Below, one piece after another: positions 1 through 10,012 of a stretch of DNA of 64,000 nt. Below the pieces are notes generated by a model. That model saw nothing but the letters and a program-made list of their open reading frames with translations, was not told where the DNA came from and ran no database searches. Positions within the stretch are counted from its first letter, which is position 1, and the number at the start of each line of letters is the position of its first letter. Origin of the DNA: Opitutales bacterium (GTDB lineage: Bacteria; Verrucomicrobiota; Verrucomicrobiia; Opitutales; PNEW01); assembly GCA_965197745.1 (NCBI GenBank), contig CBDANS010000005.1, positions 192,001 through 256,000 of the forward strand, in the 5' to 3' direction. A program made the position numbers and the translations under genes.

Positions 1-1
1 G

Positions 2-187
2 CTTTATATCATTGCAGGATTTGTCCTATTCCGGTTTTTTGATATCATTAAACCTATAGGGATAAAAAAACTTCAAAAATTACCAGGAGGCATAGGGGTA
101 GTTTTCGATGATCTGGGAGCAGCGATAGCTACCTGCATCACCCTTCATTTGTGTTTATGGGGTTTGAAGGGTTATGGATTTATTTAA
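2..187 (+). CDS. pgpA: Phosphatidylglycerophosphatase A, C-terminal part (5' truncated by window edge)
   Basis: Manual translation of frame 2: ...[36 protein letters not shown]...; FRxFDIxKP and GGxGxxxDD motifs. Confidence 0.9.
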   Translation, partial: LYIIAGFVLFRFFDIIKPIGIKKLQKLPGGIGVVFDDLGAAIATCITLHLCLWGLKGYGFI

Positions 188-651
188 TTCGACTCCCTAA
201 ATCCCTTAATTTCTTTGGCCCCTCCCGCTAAATAACGCAGAGCACACACATATCCATAAAATCCTAATCCTGAAATAATACCTTTTGCTATCGGTGCGGT
301 ATAGGACAGGTGGCGGAATTCTTCACGCTCATAGATATTGGAAATGTGTACTTCAACGGCGGGTAAATCACTGCCCGCCAGGGCATCTCGCAATGCTACA
401 CTGGTATGGGTTAAGCCCCCATGGTTGAAGACGACCCCATCAATTTTTGCATCTGCTAATTGCGCATATTTTTCAATTAACTCCCCTTCGTGATTGGAGT
501 GGAAAAAAATTAGTTCAACTCCTAAAGCATCACCTTCTTTCTTTAAATAAGATTCCAGGTCGGTTAGGGTCTCACCTCCGTAAATTTCCGGTTGGCGAGT
601 ACCTAATCGATCTAAATTGGGTCCGTTAATGATGGCGTATTTTTTCATCAA
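184..651 (-). CDS. aroQ: Type II 3-dehydroquinate dehydratase
   Basis: NGPNLxxLGx[25 protein letters not shown] and EVHISNIxxREEFR motifs. Confidence 0.95.
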   Translation of the reverse strand: MMKKYAIINGPNLDRLGTRQPEIYGGETLTDLESYLKKEGDALGVELIFFHSNHEGELIEKYAQLADAKIDGVVFNHGGLTHTSVALRDALAGSDLPAVEVHISNIYEREEFRHLSYTAPIAKGIISGLGFYGYVCALRYLAGGAKEIKGFRESN

Positions 652-842
652 AAATATTATTAGTTAAAATGCTTATATTTGAATTTACATATTTAATTAT
701 ATGTCAGTTTATTCATTGAATATCTGACATTATCAAGCATGGGTACAAATTAATTAGCAAAAAAATTTATTTACTCAAGGACATTGCTCGTGAATACAGC
801 ACGTTTTACTCCTTCTGACCGGTTTATATATAAAAAAGGACC

Positions 843-2336
843 ATGAATATTACGCCAATGCGACTTATACGAAGAATTGGGTCATGGCTTGTCGATAGTT
901 TATGTTTGGTTCTGATTTTATCACTGGTATTTCTATTATTCGAAAAAATGATGGGGTGGTCACTGGCCAATTGGCTGTTAACTATCTTCATCCTATTTAT
1001 CCTCCTTTTAACTAAATTAATTTTTCAATTAAATGAAGGGATATTTTGTTTATTTAATAAATATGGACTAAAGAAACCCTATCAGTTTGAGCGCTCGTTA
1101 ACCCAATGGTTTAAACTAAAACGGGCGGTCTTTTCTCTGACCGCAATAACTATTCTCCTGATTTTGGGAATCTTAGAAGCGGCCTTGCGCCTCTACCTGG
1201 ATGATCTTCCGGTCAATCTGGCCAATCATTTGGGGCATGGATATCATCTTACAGGTTCGGGTATTTATCGTTATGATGAAGAGAGAAAAACGCCGAGAAT
1301 GCGAAAGGGATATGAACGGGAAATGTATTTTAACGATTTTCGCTGGTGGCATAAGACTGATGCAATGGGTTATCGTAATCCAGAAGATCGCGATCAAGCA
1401 GACATTATTTTATTGGGTGATTCTATCATTTATGGGCATGGACTTGAAGAAGAAGCGACGGTAAGCAGCCAAATGGAGAATCTGACACAGGTCCCCGTGG
1501 TAAATTTTGGACAGCAGGGGGCTGGCATTCACTGTGAATATCAAATTCTCAAACATGATGGTGTCCTCATGCGACCCAAGCAGGTTTTCCTATTCTTCTT
1601 AAATAATGATATTAATGACCTGATCCTTAATTTAGATGAAACGGATAGACACAATTTTTTGAAAATCCCCATAGGCGATCATTCAACGCGATACTTTGAG
1701 GTAGAGGAAAGGCGTAAAAGGATTTTGAGTAATTGGGAAGATGCCCTCAAGGAGTTCTATGTAATCAAAAGTGGACAATTTTTCATCGATTCACTGACGA
1801 AGAATAAACGAGTGTCCTTATATCCGGAAAAAGGGAGTGAACTATCCATTGAATCGACGACAAGGACTGAAGCAAAAGCAAATCCTCACAATCCCGGCCC
1901 ATTCGAAGGTGAGAAAGATGAAATACCCGGCAATTATCAATCAAACGATGACCCCTATTTAGAAGTTGGATGGGGATCACTCCCGCTCTTTGCCGATAAT
2001 CCAAATTTACATCAAGCCATGAAATTTCACCTCCGGGCGCTGCTCCAGATTAAAGACCTTGCGAAACGCCATGAATTTAAATTCGTATTAATTTATATTT
2101 ATACGGGCTTACCCTACGACGACACCTTTTCAGGCATTCTCAACACCTTTTGCGAAAAGAATAAAATTCAATTCTTAAATCTTAAAGCTGTTTTTGCAGA
2201 AGCGGAGGCGCGCGGGGAGCAACTCTTTTTGCCACACGATGGTCATTTTACAGGCAATGGGGCGCTTGTCACTGCCGAATCTTTAGCAGATCATTTTTCT
2301 TTGCCTTCGGGATACGAGATTAATGATGAGAATTAA
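843..2336 (+). CDS. Membrane-anchored SGNH/GDSL hydrolase-family protein
   Basis: N-terminal TM helices; LGDS block I, NFGQQG, and C-terminal DGH; adjacent to the carbamoyltransferase cluster. Confidence 0.75.
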   Translation: MNITPMRLIRRIGSWLVDSLCLVLILSLVFLLFEKMMGWSLANWLLTIFILFILLLTKLIFQLNEGIFCLFNKYGLKKPYQFERSLTQWFKLKRAVFSLTAITILLILGILEAALRLYLDDLPVNLANHLGHGYHLTGSGIYRYDEERKTPRMRKGYEREMYFNDFRWWHKTDAMGYRNPEDRDQADIILLGDSIIYGHGLEEEATVSSQMENLTQVPVVNFGQQGAGIHCEYQILKHDGVLMRPKQVFLFFLNNDINDLILNLDETDRHNFLKIPIGDHSTRYFEVEERRKRILSNWEDALKEFYVIKSGQFFIDSLTKNKRVSLYPEKGSELSIESTTRTEAKANPHNPGPFEGEKDEIPGNYQSNDDPYLEVGWGSLPLFADNPNLHQAMKFHLRALLQIKDLAKRHEFKFVLIYIYTGLPYDDTFSGILNTFCEKNKIQFLNLKAVFAEAEARGEQLFLPHDGHFTGNGALVTAESLADHFSLPSGYEINDEN

Positions 2337-2369
2337 CTCAATTAGTATATCTTAGCGTGGGTAAGATAA

Positions 2370-2783
2370 CTAAAATTGACGTTCGTAATTCTCATTACTT
2401 TGTCCGGGGACGTCATTCTCCCAATAGGTGTGGGCCTCTTTTCTTTTCAAGCGAAGTCTGTCTCGGCCGAGGAGACGGGCGAACAGGCCCAGGGGAGTTA
2501 CTATGAAAAAGAAGATTATAGACAAAGATAAATATACTAGCAGTTGAGTAAGAGCGAACATAATTCCCATCCATGCCCAGTAAAATGGTAAACCCACGGA
2601 CATTCCGGTAATACAAAAAATAAAGGAGAGACACCCGTATCCCCAAATAAAAAAGGCGATGCCAGTTTTATCATGAAAAAAATAAAAGAATGACCCCAAA
2701 ATTCCCAACCCGATTAAGATGCTGCAAGCAAATATTCGTAGATCGCGAGGGCTTGGTTTCAAATTAATCTTTGCAAAAGCCAT
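2370..2783 (-). CDS. SxtJ-family membrane protein
   Basis: LRxF start, YxAWM, FFxIVTPLGLxxRLLGRDxL, and terminal YERQF. Confidence 0.85.
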   Translation of the reverse strand: MAFAKINLKPSPRDLRIFACSILIGLGILGSFFYFFHDKTGIAFFIWGYGCLSFIFCITGMSVGLPFYWAWMGIMFALTQLLVYLSLSIIFFFIVTPLGLFARLLGRDRLRLKRKEAHTYWENDVPGQSNENYERQF

Positions 2784-2796
2784 CCTTATACGATAA

Positions 2797-2955
2797 TTAA
2801 AATAGGGTATAAATAAACGGTGCGGCTTGAGAACTGCCGAGAATTATTAAAGCACCGGTTAAGAGTAAAATAACAATAATAGGCGCCAACCAGTATGCCT
2901 TATGTTCTTTTATAAAGATAAATAATTCAGAAACGATCGATTTTCTTCGGACCAT
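2797..2955 (-). CDS. DUF5989/SxtK-like small membrane protein (52 aa)
   Basis: K.YWLAPII...GSSQAAPFIYTLF signature; start reassigned to ATG at 2955. Confidence 0.85.
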   Translation of the reverse strand: MVRRKSIVSELFIFIKEHKAYWLAPIIVILLLTGALIILGSSQAAPFIYTLF

Positions 2956-3001
2956 ATTTATATCACTTGAATAGAGGAAAAGTTTGTAAATTAACTTATT
3001 A

Positions 3002-4837
3002 TTAATCGAGCTTAAAATGAGCTTTGTATGCGTCCGCTCCATCCATATTGGGTTGTTCCTCTTTTAAACAGATACAGTTCTCCAGAACGAGAACGTCCAT
3101 ATCGGTGAACATAAAACAGCGGTAAGCGTCTTGAGGCGTTCCTACAATAGGTTCTCCTCTTATATTGAATGATGTATTTACGACAATTGGATAACCCGTT
3201 AAATTCTGAAAGGCCTTTATAATTTTGTAGAATCGGGGAGCAGTTTCAACATCAACAGTCTGAATGCGCGCTGAATAATCGATATGAGTAATAGCGGGGA
3301 TATCAGAGCGTAACTGTTTAAGTCTATCCAGACCATAGAGGTTTTCCTGCTCCTTATTTAATTTAATTCGACGATTTTCTTTTAAGGGTGATACTAATAA
3401 CATGTAAGGACTTTCATGATCTAAATTAAAATACTCTGCGGTGTAGTCTTTCAGGCAACTTGGCGCGAAGGGCCTGAAGGATTCCCGGAATTTTATTTTA
3501 AGATTCATTTTTGACTGCATATCAGGATTGCGCGGATCACCGAGGATGCTGCGGTTGCCCAGAGCACGGGGGCCAAATTCCATTCGACCCGCAAAGTGAC
3601 CAATTACTTTGCCTTCATTAATATGCTGAGCAATAGTATCGGCGAGAGCATCCTCGCTCTCATATACGGTAAATTTGGCTTTGCTTAGACGTAAAAAGTT
3701 TTGAATTTCACTCGCTGAGAATGAGGGACCAATAAAAGAACCCTTCTGTGAATCTCTCTTATTTATCTTTCGAGGTTCATTCTTAACTTGATGCCGTACG
3801 AATAGCGCTGCGCCCAGAGCGCCACCGGCGTCTCCTGCTGCCGGCTGAATCCAAACATTGCGAAAAGGCGTTTCTCGAAGGATGCGACCATTGCCGACAC
3901 AGTTCAGGGCCACACCACCTGCCATACAAAGATTTTGGAGCCCAGTTAGGGCAAAGGCATGGAAGGCTACTTTTAACATAATTTCTTCCACAACCTTTTG
4001 AATGCTGGCCGCCAGGTCCATATCGCGCTGACTTAACGCACACTCAGGATTTCTCGGTGGTCCACCAAAGAGCTTATGAAATTTATTGTTGGTCATAGTC
4101 AGACCGGCACAATAATTGAAATAGCTCTGATCGAGCCAGAAGGATCCATCTTCTTTCAGGTCGACTAAATATTTAAAAATCAGATCCGCGTACCTGGCTT
4201 TCCCGTAAGGGGCTAAGCCGATTACTTTATATTCACCTGAATTGACCCTAAAACCCGTGTAGTAAGTAAAAGCGCTATAGAGAAGGCCGAGAGAATGAGG
4301 AAATTTTATCTCTTTAAGCAGTTCTATAGTGTTATTACGGCCGCAACCAATGCTTGTTGTCGTCCACTCTCCAACACCGTCAAAGGTTATGATCGCGGCT
4401 TCATCGTAAGGACTGGGGAAAAAAGCACTGGCGGCATGAGATTCATGATGGTTGGTAAAATAAATTGGGCCGTCATATTTATTTTTCAAACCCTTGTCGA
4501 TTTCTTTAGGGAGGTGTAACTTTTGACCCAACCAAAGTGGCATAGCCATGAGAAAGGATTTAAATCCTAATGGAGCATAAGCCAGATAAGTTTCCAAGAG
4601 ACGTTCAAACTTTAAAATTGGCTTCTCATAAAAGACGACTGCCGATAATTGATCGGTTGTGATCCCCGCTTCGTGAAGGCAGTAATCAATTGCATTCAGG
4701 GGAAATTCATGATCGTGTTTTTTTCTCGTAAAGCGTTCTTCCTGGGCAGCCGCTATAATATTTCCCCCCTTTAAAAGGGCAGCCGCGCTGTCATGATAAA
4801 AAGCTGAGATACCAAGAATATAAGATTCAGCAGACAT
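3002..4837 (-). CDS. NodU/CmcH-family O-carbamoyltransferase (SxtI-like)
   Basis: ILGISAFYHDSAAAL, EERFTRKKH, HHESHAASAF, GPRALGNRS and VNTSFN motifs. Confidence 0.95.
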   Translation of the reverse strand: MSAESYILGISAFYHDSAAALLKGGNIIAAAQEERFTRKKHDHEFPLNAIDYCLHEAGITTDQLSAVVFYEKPILKFERLLETYLAYAPLGFKSFLMAMPLWLGQKLHLPKEIDKGLKNKYDGPIYFTNHHESHAASAFFPSPYDEAAIITFDGVGEWTTTSIGCGRNNTIELLKEIKFPHSLGLLYSAFTYYTGFRVNSGEYKVIGLAPYGKARYADLIFKYLVDLKEDGSFWLDQSYFNYCAGLTMTNNKFHKLFGGPPRNPECALSQRDMDLAASIQKVVEEIMLKVAFHAFALTGLQNLCMAGGVALNCVGNGRILRETPFRNVWIQPAAGDAGGALGAALFVRHQVKNEPRKINKRDSQKGSFIGPSFSASEIQNFLRLSKAKFTVYESEDALADTIAQHINEGKVIGHFAGRMEFGPRALGNRSILGDPRNPDMQSKMNLKIKFRESFRPFAPSCLKDYTAEYFNLDHESPYMLLVSPLKENRRIKLNKEQENLYGLDRLKQLRSDIPAITHIDYSARIQTVDVETAPRFYKIIKAFQNLTGYPIVVNTSFNIRGEPIVGTPQDAYRCFMFTDMDVLVLENCICLKEEQPNMDGADAYKAHFKLD

Positions 4838-4966
4838 CGGATAATTGCAAAAATATCAACATGGAGGTAGTTATCGTGGTTATTTCAATCTGAATAAATC
4901 AAATTCACGTTTCATCTTTTCACAGAGCTCGATTCAAGTATAATATAATTAATAATGTAGGAAGTA

Positions 4967-6103
4967 ATGTATAGGAAAATTAAAATATCTTCACTGTTTT
5001 TTCTTGGGTGCATTGCCATGGAAAGTGTTCTGGCTTATGAAACTATAGATCGAATGGAAGTTGGTGAAGCTGTTTTTTTAGATGTTGAAGTTAAGAAAGT
5101 GACACCGAAAGCGCTTATTATCAAACATTCCAAAGGCATTGCCCAGGTGCTTCTCGCCGATCTCAGTCCCGTGTTGCAAAAAAAATCTGGTTATAGTGCC
5201 GAATTGGAAGAGGCCTACAACAAAAAAATTGAAGAACGCAAGAAAGAGGTGCTGGCCGCGAGAGCAAAAGCAGCGGCTGAAAAAGAGAAGCCAAAACCCC
5301 AGCAATTGGTCTCAGATCGTATCCTGCAAAATTTCGGTCGTCCTCCGGAAATACAATCCGAAATCGATCTTCGATCGCGATTTCGTGAAATGAAATTGAT
5401 ATCCAAGTCCCAGGGCAGGCGTCCGAGTTGCTCGGTATTTGCGGTGGTCAGTGCGCTGGAGTATCAGAACGCCGCGGTGGTCGGGGAGGCGGAAAAATTA
5501 TCAGAGGAATACCTCATTTGGGCTACTCGAAAAACGCTTGGCTATAACCCTGTTTCCGAGGCATCACCCAATGGGAGAACGGTAAAGGAAGATGATCCCA
5601 ATGATGCCGATGCAGGATTCAATCTGGTTGAAGTCGTTCAGGCATTGAGGAGTTATGGTATTCCTCTCCAGGAGCAGATGCCCAACACCTTTGGTAAAAG
5701 TATGGCGAAAATTCAAGAGCCGCCGCCCGAACTCGTAGCAACCGCACAGAACCGGCGAAAAGTTTATTCATTTGTAATTACCGGTCGGGAAAACGCTGAA
5801 AAAATAGACGGTATTCTTCATTCCTTAAATGAAGGTGTTCCCGTGGTCATCGGAATGGGTTGGCCGCACTATAATTCGCTGGAGAATGCGCCCATTCTTC
5901 GCGCTCAAAAACCACGCGAAAATTATGCTCATGCCGTCACCCTTGTTGGTTACCGTTGTGAATCCGGTCGCCGTGAAGACCTGCTTTTCATCTTTAAGAA
6001 TTCATGGGGACGGAAATGGGGAGTCGCAGGCCATGGATATGTGTCCTACCCCTATTTGGAAAAAAACATCAACTCCGCAATTTTTCTCGAAGTGGCACTT
6101 TAA
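4967..6103 (+). CDS. Secreted papain-like (C1) cysteine peptidase
   Basis: Signal peptide; QGxRxSC (catalytic Cys), HAVTLVGY (His) and KNSWG (Asn). Confidence 0.85.
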   Translation: MYRKIKISSLFFLGCIAMESVLAYETIDRMEVGEAVFLDVEVKKVTPKALIIKHSKGIAQVLLADLSPVLQKKSGYSAELEEAYNKKIEERKKEVLAARAKAAAEKEKPKPQQLVSDRILQNFGRPPEIQSEIDLRSRFREMKLISKSQGRRPSCSVFAVVSALEYQNAAVVGEAEKLSEEYLIWATRKTLGYNPVSEASPNGRTVKEDDPNDADAGFNLVEVVQALRSYGIPLQEQMPNTFGKSMAKIQEPPPELVATAQNRRKVYSFVITGRENAEKIDGILHSLNEGVPVVIGMGWPHYNSLENAPILRAQKPRENYAHAVTLVGYRCESGRREDLLFIFKNSWGRKWGVAGHGYVSYPYLEKNINSAIFLEVAL

Positions 6104-6209
6104 TATCAGGAGAGAATTATAGTGTAGATCCTGGTATTTATTTAGTTTTGCTGTTTGATAATATTTCTACAGTAAATTCTTTAAATCTCAACCTCCCCCC
6201 TATTCACGC

Positions 6210-6878
6210 ATGCAATCTGTACAATCCATAATATTTGATATGGATGGCCTCATGCTCGATACAGAGAGACTAAGCCTTCAGGCCTGGAAGCTTGCTACCG
6301 AGGAACTTGGCGTGGAAATGACGGAGGATATTTATCACCAAATTATTGGGCGTAACTCGCAGGATACAAAATCTATTCTGAAAAGTTTATTAAATGAAGA
6401 ATGTAGTGTTGAAGAGATTTACACCTCTACCTGGGATCATTACCATAAGATAATATCAGAAAACCCGATACCGATTAAACCGGGGCTCATCCAATTATTG
6501 GATTTTCTTGAAGAGGAGGAGATAAGCAAAGCGGTTGCCACATCGACAAAAGGTGAATTAGCCGAAAGGAATTTAAGATCACTGGATCTGTATGAGCGGT
6601 TTTCTGTTGTTATAGGTGGAGATCAGGTAAAGAGGGGAAAACCTTCCCCTGAAATATTTCTTCAAGCTGCCGCAAACCTGGGAGTTTCGCCAGCTGAATG
6701 TGTCGTTTTAGAGGATTCCGAAAACGGAATCCGCGCAGCACACGCGGCGGGATCTTTTGCCATCATGATCCCTGACCTTATCCCTCCCTCGGATGAAATA
6801 CGCAAACTGGCGTACCGGGTTTTCAATTCGATTAACGAATTCCTTGTCTTCTTTAAAGACGGTCGGGGTATTGGTTGA
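6210..6878 (+). CDS. HAD-family phosphatase (beta-PGM/CbbY-like)
   Basis: FDMDG, GKPxP and EDSxxG motifs. Confidence 0.9.
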   Translation: MQSVQSIIFDMDGLMLDTERLSLQAWKLATEELGVEMTEDIYHQIIGRNSQDTKSILKSLLNEECSVEEIYTSTWDHYHKIISENPIPIKPGLIQLLDFLEEEEISKAVATSTKGELAERNLRSLDLYERFSVVIGGDQVKRGKPSPEIFLQAAANLGVSPAECVVLEDSENGIRAAHAAGSFAIMIPDLIPPSDEIRKLAYRVFNSINEFLVFFKDGRGIG

Positions 6879-6885
6879 ATCCCGC

Positions 6886-7920
6886 TTATCTTTGACTGAT
6901 GCGACAGGAGTGACACGAGAATCCCGCGCCAAAGGCGGTGAGCCAGAGATCATTTTCCACCTTGTTATTTTGTAGATATTCATCGAGCGCAAAAAGAACG
7001 GATGGACTGCTCATATTTCCGTAGTTTTTTAAAACTTTAGCAGATTCCTGCAATGGGTATTCAGGAAGCGCAGACTGTATCGCTTCAAGGACATCTCTCC
7101 CACCCACATGTGATATAATTCTTGCGATATTATGATGCTTACCATTTTGCCGGTGAAATAATTCATAGACGGAATCACTGGCCAGATCCGGGACGGTTTT
7201 ATGTAAACGGTTGCGAAGTTTTCCCTGGCTGTTTATGAAGCGCAGTTTTTCCCGGTTTTCAGGGACATGCAGCGTATCGAAATCGTTACAATAGAGTCCG
7301 GTTGTATTATTTGCCATCGACCAAACACTGGCTGACGCTCCATCACCGAATAAACAGGCACTGACCAGCACACCGGGGTCATTCTCCAGATAAAATGCCG
7401 CCGAACATATTTCTACCGCAATGACCGCAACTTTAGACTGAGGATTGGCCGAGAGGAAGTAACTGGCACTCCGGAGAGTGGGAATAACCGCTCCACAACC
7501 CAGACCTACAATGTCCTGTAAAAAAACATTACTGTTCATTCCCATTTGTTCCGCTACATGACTGGTTATTCCAGGGCAAATATAACCGGTACATGTGCAG
7601 ATGAAAAGGGCATCTAACTCCTTAGCGTCAGTCTTACACTTATCAAGGGCCTTTTTTAAGGCCCGGCTGGCGAGGGAGGGGGCTTCACGTTCGAATGCGC
7701 GGTTTAGCGATTCTGCGTCTAATTCAAAGAGTGTTTCCAGTTCGGGAAGAGCAAAGTGGCGTTTATCAATACCGTTGTCGTTGAGCAGAACTTTCTGGAT
7801 GATATTGATGGAGCGCTGTTTCAAGCGCTTAGGTGTTTCCGAGTTAATAAATATATCCCAGCACTTCTCTTGCGTAAATGCATGGGGAGGGACCGCATTT
7901 GCTAAGCTTTGAAGATACAT
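6886..7920 (-). CDS. Type III polyketide synthase
   Basis: Catalytic triad contexts GLGC, HVGG and GNMSS; AFGAG. Confidence 0.92.
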   Translation of the reverse strand: MYLQSLANAVPPHAFTQEKCWDIFINSETPKRLKQRSINIIQKVLLNDNGIDKRHFALPELETLFELDAESLNRAFEREAPSLASRALKKALDKCKTDAKELDALFICTCTGYICPGITSHVAEQMGMNSNVFLQDIVGLGCGAVIPTLRSASYFLSANPQSKVAVIAVEICSAAFYLENDPGVLVSACLFGDGASASVWSMANNTTGLYCNDFDTLHVPENREKLRFINSQGKLRNRLHKTVPDLASDSVYELFHRQNGKHHNIARIISHVGGRDVLEAIQSALPEYPLQESAKVLKNYGNMSSPSVLFALDEYLQNNKVENDLWLTAFGAGFSCHSCRISQR

Positions 7921-7923
7921 GAA

Positions 7924-8940
7924 TTAATGTAAAATTTTAAAAAGTGATTGAAAGGGTAAAAGGTGCGTTCGACTTAGACCGAAGAGAAATTTCTGAAGGG
8001 TTGGGGTATAAAGCCATGGATGCATAATACGCGACACCTTCAACCGTAAACGAAATTTTCTAAGTAATAATCTGTTTACTTTAGTTACTGTCTCCGACCA
8101 GGATTGTTTATCCAGGGCGTAGGCATTAAGCGGCTCAGCGACAAGGGCGCCGGCTTCAAAAGCCATCGACATCCCATTTCCGGTAAAAGGTGGGATTACC
8201 GTAAACTGATCACCTAAATAAATTCTCTCATCCGATTGATGGCAGTGATTGAAGTCGATCGCAGCAATGCCCGTCGAACTATCCTCGTCGATTTCTGCTT
8301 TTGCCAATCTTCCAGCCATGTTATTCATCCCACAGGCTTCAAGGTAGGCTAATAGTAGATCTTGTTTTTTTACCTTAATCTCAGATCTGCGGCGAAAAAG
8401 GCCGCAAATATTAACGCGGCCATTTTCCACCGATGACGCACCTGCATATCCATATTTTCCCAGGTGAACCTCCAAGTCACTGGCGAGGGGATAATCCAGA
8501 CTATGTACTTTAATTCCTATCCAATTACTCTGTGTTATTTGTCTTCCTGCCGCCCATACCTGACCTTTCTCAACGGCCAAATCACGAATGCGATGATGGG
8601 TATGAAGAATACCGCCGAGGCGTTCAAAATCTTGAGCTAACCGGTGGTCCAGAAGGTAACGTGATATGCCCATAGCTGGCCGCGGAAGCATATCATCTCT
8701 TACTTGACGGCCATTGAGAAACCAAGCGGTATGACGATGCAGACAGGCATCATCCAGATGCCTCGTAATCCCGAGTTCTTTAAGCGTGTCTGATTTCACT
8801 CCGGCAATGAATTCGCCACAAACTTTATGTCTGGGGAATATACCTGCTTCATGGATTGTAACGTCGATATTACGCTTTCGCAACGCAATGCCGAGGGAAA
8901 GCCCTGCCAGGCCACCACCGATAATAGTTATAGGGTTCAT
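7924..8940 (-). CDS. FAD-dependent oxidoreductase
   Basis: GGGLAG, KVCGEF, and GD...IPPFTGNGM motifs. Confidence 0.88.
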   Translation of the reverse strand: MNPITIIGGGLAGLSLGIALRKRNIDVTIHEAGIFPRHKVCGEFIAGVKSDTLKELGITRHLDDACLHRHTAWFLNGRQVRDDMLPRPAMGISRYLLDHRLAQDFERLGGILHTHHRIRDLAVEKGQVWAAGRQITQSNWIGIKVHSLDYPLASDLEVHLGKYGYAGASSVENGRVNICGLFRRRSEIKVKKQDLLLAYLEACGMNNMAGRLAKAEIDEDSSTGIAAIDFNHCHQSDERIYLGDQFTVIPPFTGNGMSMAFEAGALVAEPLNAYALDKQSWSETVTKVNRLLLRKFRLRLKVSRIMHPWLYTPTLQKFLFGLSRTHLLPFQSLFKILH

Positions 8941-9596
8941 TTGCGAACAGCGATCATATGGTATTGGCCAAGGAATCCAATCTTACATTTACAGATCCAT
9001 TGGGTGGGGTCTAAGTCTAAGAGATATGGTAACTCATTCCCGAGAAACCCTGCCTCTATGCTCGCCCTGGCATCATGGTTAGTTACATAGCTGGTGCCGA
9101 ACAATCGGGCCAGCCGGGCTTGATGGATATGTAATTTGCGTCTGGCTGGTTCAGACACTAAAATAAGCCTCGCTTTTTCCCCAATAAACCGACCCAGTTT
9201 TTGTAATTCATGGTCTTGAAATTGATGGAGGACGAGGTTGGCTAAGACAATACTGTAATGATTATAGCTGTTAAAGGATCGAAGATCAACTTGATGCCAA
9301 GTCCCTGATTCAGGCCAACGAGGGGGGCGAGACCACCGATCCAAACCATCAATGGAGACTTTTCTTCTATTTAAGAGACTAAAGTGTAAGTGTTGCCCCA
9401 GTTCACCGAGCCCCGCACCTATTTCAAGCAGGCGGTCATTTTCGTTCAACCGGTTTTTAAGTTCTCGACAAAACCAACGAAAATTTCCCATGAGATGGTT
9501 AAAGAGTAACAGGTCTCTCCGATTGTGGAGAGCGTCTGGATGATTTTCCGGGAGAATGTCAAGAATCTCGGGTTTAACAGTACGGATCATAACCAT
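8937..9596 (-). CDS. SAM-dependent methyltransferase associated with type III PKS
   Basis: ExLD start, LEIGAGxG, NLVLHQF and HDAxxSI; overlaps the oxidoreductase start. Confidence 0.85.
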   Translation of the reverse strand: MVMIRTVKPEILDILPENHPDALHNRRDLLLFNHLMGNFRWFCRELKNRLNENDRLLEIGAGLGELGQHLHFSLLNRRKVSIDGLDRWSRPPRWPESGTWHQVDLRSFNSYNHYSIVLANLVLHQFQDHELQKLGRFIGEKARLILVSEPARRKLHIHQARLARLFGTSYVTNHDARASIEAGFLGNELPYLLDLDPTQWICKCKIGFLGQYHMIAVRK

Positions 9597-9684
9597 GATT
9601 CTATTTCATAAGATCAATAAATGAGTTTCAACGCTACAATATGTTAACTCATGGTTATTTAATTTCGTGGATAATCGCATGATG

Positions 9685-9712
9685 AAAAAAAAACCCTTCC
9701 TGAACGGAAGGG
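9685..9712 (-). terminator. Intrinsic terminator of the small basic protein gene
   Basis: On the minus strand: CCCTTCC-GTTCA-GGAAGGG stem-loop followed by T9. Confidence 0.8.
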
Positions 9713-9740
9713 CGGCAATAGATACTCATCTCGGTAGCAT

Positions 9741-9899
9741 TTAATCTTCCGGTTTCGTTTTTATTAAACCTGACACGGCTTCACCGTCTTTCCATTGGCC
9801 GCGCTTTTTAAGAAGGAGGACGCGTTCAAAACGTTTAAGAACATTACGCTTTTTTAAAGACCTTCCACCGCCTTTTTTAAAACTATTGTGCTGGGACAT
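9741..9899 (-). CDS. PVC-superphylum small basic protein (52 aa; absent from the ORF track)
   Basis: Manual translation MSQHNSFKKGGGRSLKKRNVLKRFERVLLLKKRGQWKDGEAVSGLIKTKPED; RNVLKRxER...GLxK pattern. Confidence 0.88.
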   Translation of the reverse strand: MSQHNSFKKGGGRSLKKRNVLKRFERVLLLKKRGQWKDGEAVSGLIKTKPED

Positions 9900-10012
9900 A
9901 GATTTTGTATTTACGGGTTAAAAGATCGCCATAAAAACGACTCTTTCGAGAAAATCAATATTTTTTTTAAAATCCAGTACTGAATAGAATAGAAGTAAGT
10001 GCGATTACTAGA

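Noticed and set aside
2370..4837. Saxitoxin biosynthesis
   Set aside because: Only the widespread I/J/K-like trio is present; no sxtA/G/B core in the window
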